A DNA stretch of 62,816 nucleotides, filler included, from Octopus bimaculoides (taxonomy: Eukaryota), in the NCBI RefSeq assembly GCF_001194135.2. It is 8 parts of 6 records of this genome, joined end to end, with 100 filler letters (N's around TTAATTAATTAA, not from the genome) between each part and the next. Parts side by side here need not be neighbours in the genome. Positions count along the whole stretch, not along the records: positions 16,478 to 22,800 come from NC_068982.1; positions 22,901 to 43,768 come from NC_068985.1; 6 more parts are not named here. One strand, given 5' to 3'. Within the stretch, counting starts at the first letter, position 1, and every line of letters starts with the position of its first letter. Positions 22,685 through 34,253 of the stretch are shown here, piece after piece. A program made the translations under genes and the position numbers. The notes below the pieces were generated by a model that saw nothing but the letters and a program-made list of their open reading frames with translations, was not told the origin of the DNA and did no database searches.

Positions 22685-24399
22685 CTTCCTGTTTTCTCCT
22701 GTTACAGAAATGATTGATTGCCCCTTCTGCTCTTCCTGTGTACACTTTCTGTTCTCTTCACTGCTCTTTTCTCTGTGTCTCTGCATCTCCACCACCCTCA
22801 NNNNNNNNNNNNNNNNNNNNNNNNNNNNNNNNNNNNNNNNNNNNTTAATTAATTAANNNNNNNNNNNNNNNNNNNNNNNNNNNNNNNNNNNNNNNNNNNN
22901 AGTAGATAGTCACAAAAACCCATACACAGAAACATTCAGACATGCACACACAAGGAGATAGAAGTACACACACGTATAAAAACATACACACACACATAAA
23001 AACACACAAACGCATGGATATGCAAAATACGTACATACAATCGTACACACATGCATATATATGTGCATACGCGCACACACGCATAAATGCATACACACAC
23101 TTGCATGCATTCATACATACATACATACATACATACATACATACATACATACACACATGCATACATGTGTGGGCGCACACACACTGATCAACACACATTC
23201 GCAGAAAGAAACAAGATTGCAGCTTGGATAACGGACAGGCAAAGACTATTGAAAAGGTTGCAAAACGCAACGAAACTTTTAGGAAAATAAATGAGTGGAA
23301 ACTTTACAGGTGTATGTGTTAAATAATAAGGCAGTAAAAGAGAATGACTCTCCCCAGACACAACAAAATATACTTCAATACACGAACTCATATACAGAAT
23401 CTTCCAAACTAAATCCAAAACGAAATATATATGCTTTATTGAATGCATATCAAATAGGCATAACGCTTTGAAAAATCATGGAAGTTCGGTATTCATGGCA
23501 ACAAGGCGCCATGTAAACGTGGGAAACATAATTCGAATTTCAACATCAACTCATGAGAAGTGAATTAGTTTGCAGGAGAAATCGATGTTTGGAACGTAAT
23601 CATTTGGTCATTGGATCTCGTGACAATTACATACATACATATATTAACCTCATAAAAAGAGAGATTCGATGATGTTATTGCATAAAAGAGAAAATCCATT
23701 AGCATTTAATTCGATCCACTCCATTATCAGAAATCAATTTATCGGGGTTTGAGCAAAACGTACTCCAGTACAGTGGAAGCCGAATTCGTTGTATTGGTAT
23801 AATTATTTTAAAGCCGACACTTACTGCAGTCTACTTAGTTATCAAGCAGCCTATTTACTCATCATATATATGCTGCAGATAATGATTGTGATACCAGATA
23901 TTTCCTACGCATTCTCAATAATCTTACGGATGGGAGAGGAATCACAAATATGAGTAATTCTTTTGAGAACTGAATAAAGAATTTTGATATCTGTCTAAAA
24001 ATAGACAAAAAGCAATGTTAATATTGTACTATCTATTCTTCTCTGTTACTAAATATGAAACACATTTCCACAAGTCAAGATATTTTTTTAACCTAGATGA
24101 AATACTGCATAACTTCTGTTACACTTGAACTGCTAACGAGAATCTGACCCTGAGTGTGAATTTCATTGCCTACCAATTCCAAGTTAATTTCTTTTTCTTC
24201 ATTTGTCATGTTTAGTATTTAAAGATGACGTATCTGGTCTGTTATTGATGATCTCACACTTTTACCCAATTTAAGTCGTACTATTCATTATTATTCTTTT
24301 CCTATGTATTTCACCAATATATTTCTGCACATCACTTGTCCTTTCCTATCCACAGTATTATCTAAATACGATGATGTTCATTTTAACACACTGCCTGGA

Positions 24400-24716
24400 A
24401 CTATGTCGGTTACAACAACGAGTGTTCCAGTTGATCGAATGAATTGTGCTAAGAAGAAATTGCTAGTGAAATTACCGTGAAAGTGGCTGCTCACTCCTCC
24501 GACACCCTGAAGTTTTCAGGGTGATTCAAATGATACATAAAGTGGCAAAACTGGCCCTTTGGAATTATAGGTACACCTCATATATGCTGCTTTAGTGGTT
24601 TGGAGTGAAGTGAAATAAAATATCTGGCTAAAGAACACAACAGGCCGCCGGGAATCGAAATGACAGCATTAGTATCGTGAACGGAACATCCTAGACACAT
24701 CACCACGGGCCTTCAC
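24400..24716 (-). mobile_element. Decayed tRNA-derived SINE (long family)
   Basis: Minus-strand head GTGAAGGCCCGTGGTG...TTTCGATTCCCGGCGG...GTGTTCTTTAGCCAGATATTTTATTTCAC; related to 47050-47342. Confidence 0.65.
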
Positions 24717-25921
24717 CAGTGCCTCTTTAATAGCATGAAACCTCTAATCTCGTCCGACAAATGACAAAAGGGCCAGCATTATTCGTCGGTCTACAAGAAT
24801 CAGCAAAACTTCACACAGAAGCCACGACCTAGAATCTTCAAAAAACACTTGTTATAGAATAACACCATCTTTGGTACATCATTGCTACAAATCCATAACG
24901 CGCTGTGGTTATACATCGAATGCCTTTGCTTATAAGTATGATCAGAAATACTGTTCTGTCGTAAATTTAATGAAATGTAAGCAAAGGTCAAAGAAACAGC
25001 CTGGTAAGTGTTCGCAATTGGTAATTGTATGGTAGGAATGTGTATTTGGAGGAAGAGCGAGTCCTTGGTGTGTCACGATAGTCAAGGGTAATATGTCGGG
25101 TGCCCTGAATCGCCATATATAGTCACTTGCCCGCCCATTTATACGATCGTTTTTCTTCTTAATTTATTATTTCTGTCTAGCTACATCATTTTCATTATTG
25201 CCAATTCTATCTTTAAACTTGTGAGACAACTTCAGTAAAGTGCTAGGAAGGATTTGCACGTTGAGCCCTAACCATCAACTTTTAGTTCTCGTGTTTAAAT
25301 AAAAAGTTCTTCTTCTTCTTCTTCTTAGTTACTTTTGCTTCGTAATGACTAACTAGGATTTTTGTATACAATTAAAGGAAGCGTAGACTTGTCACAAAGG
25401 ATGCTCCTTTGATATAGGTGTAGCACGTGGAAAGAAGTGCCAGAGTGTTGTTAGTTAATATCTTCATCTCCGGTATATAAGGTTTACTCAATTATGAGGA
25501 GATCGAAAGGATAGAAAACAAAATTAACATTGGAGAAAGTTGAATTGAGATTATAGAACGAGAAGAATTTTGTCCAACACTTTTATGATAACGACACCGC
25601 AAATCCATTAATGATCGACGTAGCATACCTTTGTGCAAAAAAGAGCAAAAAAGAAACGAAAGATAGAATGTGGACTAAATTCTCTCATTTAAGTATGAAA
25701 TTGTGATATGAGGGTGGAGTAATACGGAAGAGTGATACTTCATTAGTCCACTTCCTTTTCAGTGTTTCCATTTAATTTTATTTCCTGCGCCTAGATATAG
25801 AAAGAGCTCCTAATATTTCATAAATGTATTTATCATTTAGTGGAAAATAACCGTCTTTGAGATGATTTGATGTGAGAACTGTTAAGGACATCTGTTTCTA
25901 TTATCTAGACACACATGCACG

Positions 25922-25958
<37 letters not shown>

Positions 25959-27036
25959 ACCCACACACACACATACACACACACGGACACACGGACACGG
26001 ACACACGGACACATATATCTGTGCCTGCATATACGCATATGTACATATATGTATGTAAACATATATGCAGTTGAACTGTACACAAAGATATGAAATAACG
26101 CTAAGGATATATATACACATACATATGATATATATATATATATATANNNNNNNNNNNNNNNNNNNNNNNNNNNNNNNNNNNNNNNNNNNNNNNNNNNNNN
26201 NNNNNNNNNNNNNNNNNNNNNNNNNNNNNNNNNNNNNNNNNNNNNNNNNNNNNNNNNNNNNNNNNNNNNNNNNNNNNNNNNNNNNNNNNNNNNNNNNNNN
26301 NNNNNNNNNNNNNNNNNNNNNNNNNNNNNNNNNNNNNNNNNNNNNNNNNNNNNNNNNNNNNNNNNNNNNNNNNNNNNNNNNNNNNNNNNNNNNNNNNNNN
26401 NNNNNNNNNNNNNNNNNNNNNNNNNNNNNNNNNNNNNNNNNNNNNNNNNNNNNNNNNNNNNNNNNNNNNNNNNNNNNNNNNNNNNNNNNNNNNNNNNNNN
26501 NNNNNNNNNNNNNNNNNNNNNNNNNNNNNNNNNNNNNNNNNNNNNNNNNNNNNNNNNNNNNNNNNNNNNNNNNNNNNNNNNNNNNNNNNNNNNNNNNNNN
26601 NNNNNNNNNNNNNNNNNNNNNNNNNNNNNNNNNNNNNNNNNNNNNNNNNNNNNNNNNNNNNNNNNNNNNNNNNNNNNNNNNNNNNNNNNNNNNNNNNNNN
26701 NNNNNNNNNNNNNNNNNNNNNNNNNNNNNNNNNNNNNNNNNNNNNNNNNNNNNNNNNNNNNNNNNNNNNNNNNNNNNNNNNNNNNNNNNNNNNNNNNNNN
26801 NNNNNNNNNNNNNNNNNNNNNNNNNNNNNNNNNNNNNNNNNNNNNNNNNNNNNNNNNNNNNNNNNNNNNNNNNNNNNNNNNNNNNNNNNNNNNNNNNNNN
26901 NNNNNNNNNNNNNNNNNNNNNNNNNNNNNNNNNNNNNNNNNNNNNNNNNNNNNNNNNNNNNNNNNNNNNNNNNNNNNNNNNNNNNNNNNNNNNNNNNNNN
27001 NNNNNNNNNNNNNNNNNNNNNNNNNNNNNNNNNNNN

Positions 27037-27990
27037 GTGGGAGTGTTTTGTGTGAGTGTGGGAGTGTGTGTGTGTCTCTCTGTCTGAGTGGGTGTGTTGT
27101 TTTAAATATCCTTGCGGTGTGTGTGTGTGTGTGTGTAAGCAACCGTATGTGTGTGATGGTTCATATGTATGTGTATGTCTGTATGTGTGCGTGTGTGGCA
27201 TGTGTATATGAGAACGTGTGTGTTTTATCTCTGGTAGGATGATGTGTGTATGTGTGTGCACGTATGTGTGAGTGTGTATGTGTGTGATTAATATTTGTTA
27301 GGGTGTTGTGTGTGCGCATGTGTGTGTATGTGTATATGTGTTTGTTCGTGTGTGTGCGTGAGTGCGTTTGTGAGTGCGTGTGTATGTGTGTTTGTGTGTT
27401 TTTTTGTGTCGGTGGGGATGTTAGGTGTGTGTACGTGAGAGTGTGCGTATATCTATTTTTCTGAGTATGTATGTGTTGTTTTAATCGTCCTTGTGGTGTG
27501 TATGTGAGAGAGAGAGGAACCGTATGTATGTGTGAGGGTGTGTACATATGTGTGCATCTGTGTGTATGTATGTGTGCATCTCTGTGTGTGCGTGGGAGTG
27601 TTTTGTGTGAGTGTGGGAGTGTGTATGTACATGAGTGTGTGTGTGTCTCTCTGTCTGAGTGAGTGTGTTGTTTTAAATACCCTTGTCGTGTGTGTGTGTA
27701 AGCAACCGTATGTGTGTGTGATGCTTCATNNNNNNNNNNTACCCTTGTCGTGTGTGTGTGTAAGCAACCGTATGTGTGTGTGATGCTTCATATGTATGTG
27801 TATGTCTGTATGTGTGCGTATGCCTATTTGTGTTGTGTGTTGGTGGGGATGTTCTGTGTGTGTACGTTAGTTTGTGTGTGTCTCTAAGTATGTTTGTGTT
27901 TGAATTGTCCTTGTGGTGCGTGTGTGTATGAGGGAGCAACTGTATGTGTGTGCATGAGGGTGCATGTGTGTGTGAGCACGTATGTGTGTG
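27037..27990. repeat. Cryptic TG-rich minisatellite with higher-order structure
   Basis: Blocks starting about 27037 and 27592 are near copies, as are blocks at about 27405 and 27835. All share ctgagt..gttttaa..ccttg..aaccgtatgtg. Confidence 0.75.
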
Positions 27991-29122
27991 TTGTATTTAT
28001 TAGGTGTCCTTGTACGTTGGGTTTATCCAGGTGATGTGTATGTGTGTGCATGTGTGTTCCGTGTATGTTGGTACTGGGTATGCGTTTGTATGTGTGTGTA
28101 TGTGTGTATGTGGGTATGGTTTATGTAGTTTCCTGGTGGATATGTGTACATGTGTGTGTGTGCTGTAATTGTGAGTGATTAGTTTTGTTTGTATTGTTAG
28201 TGCAGTATGTGTGTGTATACGTGTGGGTGTGTTTGTGTGAGTGCGTCTATNNNNNNNNNNNNNNNNNNNNNNNNNNNNNNNNNNNNNNNNNNNNNNNNNN
28301 NNNNNNNNNNNNNNNNNNNNNNNNNNNNNNNNNNNNNNNNNNNNNNNNNNNNNNNNNNNNNNNNNNNNNNNNNNNNNNNNNNNNNNNNNNNNNNNNNNNN
28401 NNNNNNNNNNNNNNNNNNNNNNNNNNNNNNNNNNNNNNNNNNNNNNNNNNNNNNNNNNNNNNNNNNNNNNNNNNNNNNNNNNNNNNNNNNNNNNNNNNNN
28501 NNNNNNNNNNNNNNNNNNNNNNNNNNNNNNNNNNNNNNNNNNNNNNNNNNNNNNNNNNNNNNNNNNNNNNNNNNNNNNNNNNNNNNNNNNNNNNNNNNNN
28601 NNNNNNNNNNNNNNNNNNNNNNNNNNNNNNNNNNNNNNNNNNNNNNNNNNNNNNNNNNNNNNNNNNNNNNNNNNNNNNNNNNNNNNNNNNNNNNNNNNNN
28701 NNNNNNNNNNNNNNNNNNNNNNNNNNNNNNNNNNNNNNNNNNNNNNNNNNNNNNNNNNNNNNNNNNNNNNNNNNNNNNNNNNNNNNNNNNNNNNNNNNNN
28801 NNNNNNNNNNNNNNNNNNNNNNNNNNNNNNNNNNNNNNNNNNNNNNNNNNNNNNNNNNNNNNNNNNNNNNNNNNNNNNNNNNNNNNNNNNNNNNNNNNNN
28901 NNNNNNNNNNNNNNNNNNNNNNNNNNNNNNNNNNNNNNNNNNNNNNNNNNNNNNNNNNNNNNNNNNNNNNNNNNNNNNNNNNNNNNNNNNNNNNNNNNNN
29001 NNNNNNNNNNNNNNNNNNNNNNNNNNNNNNNNNNNNNNNNNNNNNNNNNNNNNNNNNNNNNNNNNNNNNNNNNNNNNNNNNNNNNNNNNNNNNNNNNNNN
29101 NNNNNNNNNNNNNNNNNNNNNN

Positions 29123-29217
<95 letters not shown>

Positions 29218-29536
29218 GTATATCTTTGTATGTATGTACAGGCATTCATATGTAAATAGCAGCAAAGTATTGATAAATAAAACATAGTGTATGAATGTAT
29301 TTGTGTTTGCCGTATGTTGGGTTGGTTTTGTATTCTACACTCGTTCACAGTTTGTGTATTTGTCCAACAACATGTTTGACAAAATACGTATATGGATAAT
29401 GCTTGTTTATTCTTCCAAACATGAAATAAACATAGTCACAAGCAAATATACTACACGTGTGTGCATATGTGTGCGTATTTGTCGTTCTTCCAATACACAC
29501 ACACACACACACACACACGCACGCATACACACACAC

Positions 29537-29577
<41 letters not shown>

Positions 29578-29647
29578 TGTACATGCATATGTATATATAT
29601 ATACATATATAAGTATATAAGTATGTATAAATATATACATTTGTGTA

Positions 29648-29690
<43 letters not shown>

Positions 29691-29704
29691 TTATGCACAC
29701 ACAC

Positions 29705-29756
<52 letters not shown>

Positions 29757-30099
29757 ATAGGGCGATATAAATATGACTGGGAATGACTTTTCTCAGCAAT
29801 ATTTCTAATCAAAAGATCTTATTAAAATTCAAAACAGCAGTCTTAGATTTCTGTGATAAGATATGAAATGATCTTATTTTATTTCTGTCTATATTCTACT
29901 TAAATTGAATTTCCAGGAGATCTTTGATTGCAGATGAAGCTATTTATGCATGATCTGTTTTACTGAAAGCATTATTGGTTCCATAAATTTTTTTGCAAAC
30001 CAAAAGCAGACGCCGCAAAGAATAACTAGCAATTTTGAAGTAGTATGTGTCTGCATTTTGCTTCAACACATTGGCCAAGATTACAAACCAAACTACATG

Positions 30100-30144
<45 letters not shown>

Positions 30145-30145
30145 A

Positions 30146-30188
<43 letters not shown>

Positions 30189-30412
30189 TTACGTTTGTAT
30201 TGACTTATTCTTCTTATTTATTTATCAATTACGCCATGTTGTAAGAGCATTCTCATGAAACTGAATGAGCTTCTAATTTCTACAGGAGAAAATTACCTCC
30301 GTTTCACGAGATTATTTAGGTCACATGACCAAAAAAGATAAAAAGCATTGCATCGATCTGATGGCTGGCTACTATACAACTGATGTTCTTTTAGATATCG
30401 ATAGCATTTTAG

Positions 30413-30547
30413 TGGAAACAGCGTTTAATGAATTCAACTAGCCGTTATTTATGTTACCCACAAAGGGTGTATTTCTGTAGAAATGGCAGTCTATATGAGT
30501 CTTCAAACAGAAGTGTGAATTGGGAAAATGATATATTGTTCATAGAA
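30413..30547 (+). CDS. Candidate internal exon (Cys- and sequon-rich)
   Basis: agcattttag| WKQRLMNSTSRYLCYPQRVYFCRNGSLYESSNRSVNWENDILFIE |GTATGA; phase 0-0; three N-x-S/T sequons. Confidence 0.3.
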
Positions 30548-31084
30548 GTATGAGGTGGATTTTCTTATAGGCAATATTCGGTTTTTTAAAAAATTATTTT
30601 GCAAGTCAATTCAAAATAAATGTCGACAGCGAGAAAGGAAATTTATTGACATTTTACATATTCTATTATGTCCGACGATATGCTGGATTGAAACGGGAAG
30701 TCGTGGAGATCAGTAATTAATTTCATAATGTCGTAACTAGAAATGAGGTACCAGTAATATATTGGATTTGTTCTAATGAGATATAACAATTCCTAATTCA
30801 TGTAAATCCTCAGATAATAAGACAAAGGAAGAAAACTATATATGATGGCTGAAATGTAAGATTTGACTGCTAATTATCCGTCGCTGCTGTCTCCAGAAAA
30901 GAGCAAGGCACATTACGTAACGTGAACTTATGTCTAAAATAAATGGTAGTGTATTTGCTTACTGCTGGATTATCAGTACGATACCCTGGATTAGGATAGA
31001 CTTCGGCTTATAGAACATCAAAAACTGTTATAATACACAGTGTCATTGGATCTCAATAAAACAAAATTAATTTCAATGAAAATA

Positions 31085-31633
31085 CGTGGGTGAGTCAAAA
31101 AGTAATGTCATTAGTTTAGGATAGGTATAATTACCAACACAGGAACATGTATCATACCTCAAAAGGAATCTGGTCCTCTGTGGATCACATTCCTACTTCT
31201 CAACATAGTCACCGTTTCTCTCAATAGCAATGTTCCTCCTTCGAATGCGAGCATGTATCGCTGCCCCGTAAAATTCAGTTGACTGTTCTTTGAGCCACTT
31301 CTTCACTAAAGTTTTCACTTACTCGTCACTGGACTATCATCTCTCCGGCCCCATGAAAGAGGGTTTGAGAGGCAAACATTATTCCAGTGACGAGAAAGTG
31401 AAAACTGTAGTAGAGAAGTGGCTCAAAGAACAATCAACAGAATTTTACGGAGGCAGGGATACGTTCTATCATTCGAAGGTGGAACAATGCTATTGAGAGA
31501 AACAGTGATTATATTGAGAAGTCGGGATATGATCCACAGCGGACCAGCTTCATTTTGATGTATAATACATGTTCCTGTGTTGATAATTATACCTGTCATA
31601 AACAAAAGCGCATTACCTTTTGATTCAGCCTCG
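31085..31633. mobile_element. Fold-back mariner-derived MITE (two inverted copies of a mariner 3' end)
   Basis: TA duplicated at 31083-84 and 31634-35. Arms 31085-31333 and 31383-31633 are reverse complements. The right half encodes DYHLSGPMKEGLRGKHYSSDEKVKTVVEKWLKEQSTEFY, a mariner transposase C-terminus. Confidence 0.93.
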
Positions 31634-31743
31634 TATTTGGCAGACTAAATCTGTTTTTGATTTATTTTACCGGACTCAAAACAACAAATGCTGTTAATGC
31701 TCCTCCATACATGCAAGGTTTTTCTTCTGCTTTCCATCACTAG

Positions 31744-31792
31744 TCTCAGAAGCTCAGCAGAAATATGACTGACACTGTTGTTCCTCCTTTGA
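31744..31792 (+). CDS. Candidate 49-nt exon
   Basis: Acceptor ttttcttctgctttccatcactag|, donor TGA|GTAAGC. Only phase 0 is open (SQKLSRNMTDTVVPPL), compatible with 30413-30547. Confidence 0.3.
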
Positions 31793-32713
31793 GTAAGCGC
31801 TTTCAAAAAATAAAACAATTTCATTTCCCTTATATCGCATTTGCTATTAAAAGAAGCATAAACTTGCTTCAATGCAATATCTCTTCCCGCTATAAAAAAC
31901 CGTGTTATTTAGAAAGAAATCTATATTTTCGGCAACTTACAGAAGTCTTTTAAATATATTAAATCTCTCTGTTAGTAGTTTTTTTTCTTGATATATCTCA
32001 ATTCGTACATAACAATTTCACATAAAAAAAGGCATGAACGTCATTCACTCTCATTTATTTGGCCAATTATGAGCTCTACATTGAATCTCATTATAAGAAA
32101 TCGATATTCCAAGTTATTCCCAAACATCTATAGAATATATGCAGCAGGCAGATTGTGTGTTTCGTTCCTAGGAGACAGCGTTTCATAACAATTACATTGA
32201 TAATTATATTGACAAACTCTTGTATCGAAAATAACGGGAAAAAATTATTTTGATCTTTGCTTTCCATTAAAACTGACTCTGTAATTATTTTCTTTCTTGG
32301 AAATCAATAATTTTTCGCATGATAAAGTCAATTACTCGATGTTTTATGATTAAGAGTATCCAAAATTGAGGGATCAGCAAGATTAATTTGCATCCGTGAA
32401 ATCAGGAGAAACAATTCTGCTTGTTTGCACATGTAAGAAAGTATCGTAAATTCAGAGAGCACGTTTCATTGTATGCCAATAAGAAAACCTTCATCAATTT
32501 ACAGTGCTGCCACCGTTTACTAAAAGACAAAAAAAAAATATGAACGTAGTCTACTTACACCACGTCGAAATTCACTTTTGTCAGATGACCATTAATAAGA
32601 ATCAGTTGGTAATCCATACATTACCTCTCTCTCCATACACATCTCTTTGTTTCTTCCTCCCTCTTTCTCCCCCCCTCTTTCTCCCCCCTCTCTCTCTATC
32701 TCTCTCCCTCCCC

Positions 32714-32746
<33 letters not shown>

Positions 32747-33255
32747 AATATATATATATATATCAAAGTATACTATGTGTTACATAGGCATAATAGCCAA
32801 TCCTATCGATCGGTTTCGCACTGGCTATCAAAACCCGATATTAGAATGCAACAAGAGTAATTAATACGGTGCGTTATCTCTGCTCCATTTACAATTGTTT
32901 CCGTGTTGCATCAATACGTGGTGTTATATTTACATGAGCAACGTGCCTCAGTCTCAGGACCGGGCCTAACTAACTCTGAAAGTGTGCCTATTAAAAACTT
33001 TATTAACCTTATTTGTACAGGGAAAATATTTATAAAGAAAATTATGCTACCCACACCATTTTTCTGCTTCAGGTAAAGCGAGAGAATCGCAACACTTTCC
33101 GGTGGCGTTTCGTCTTAGAGGAGTTAAGATCTGGTGAATAATTAGAGGGGAGATAGATAGGGGTAGATCGATTGATAGATGAATGCATAGATATATAGAT
33201 AGATAATGGATGGATGGATAGATACATAGATAATGAATGGATGGATGGAAAGGGT

Positions 33256-33336
<81 letters not shown>

Positions 33337-33956
33337 GGAAAGAGAGACAGAGAGAAATTGATAGATGGAGAAACAAAGATAAATAGAAACCGATATAGAT
33401 ATGAATAATTATATACCTTCAGAATTATACAACTATATAATATTTTTGTGTCTATATTTATATTTGTATATTTATCTGTCTTTTTATTCAGCCATGCATC
33501 AAGCTATCAATACGTACGATTGTGCGTGTGCATGCATTTACATATCTAAATATGTGTGAGGGTGTGTTTGCCTGTGTGCCTGTCTGTCTGTCTGATTGTC
33601 TGCATATATACACGCACATATGTGTTATCACTTTAGGAATAGCATGGTTTATGTTCTCTGCTATATTTACAAACAATCAAATACACAATAGGAACCGTCA
33701 TATAACACATCTTTATATATTTACATCACCCACCTATGTATTTATGTGATTGAAGCTCTCATAAAATCAAATCTCATTATCACTCAGAAGAACGATCTAG
33801 AAAATATATCCTCGTGCACTCGCAATAAATTTTTATGAAATCGAATCATTATGTTACCTGGGAATTATTATTGCCATCCAACATTTATTACCACTTAGTT
33901 CACACTAAATATTATGCTAAGGATAAACCAGGTTTAAGTCGAACATACCTGAAAAC

Positions 33957-33991
<35 letters not shown>

Positions 33992-34213
33992 NNNNNNNNN
34001 NNNNNNNNNNNNNNNNNNNNNNNNNNNNNNNNNNNNNNNNNNNNNNNNNNNNNNNNNNNNNNNNNNNNNNNNNNNNNNNNNNNNNNNNNNNNNNNNNNNN
34101 NNNNNNNNNNNNNNNNNNNNNNNNNNNNNNNNNNNNNNNNNNNNNNNNNNNNNNNNNNNNNNNNNNNNNNNNNNNNNNNNNNNNNNNNNNNNNNNNNNNN
34201 NTGTATACATAAT

Positions 34214-34253
<40 letters not shown>

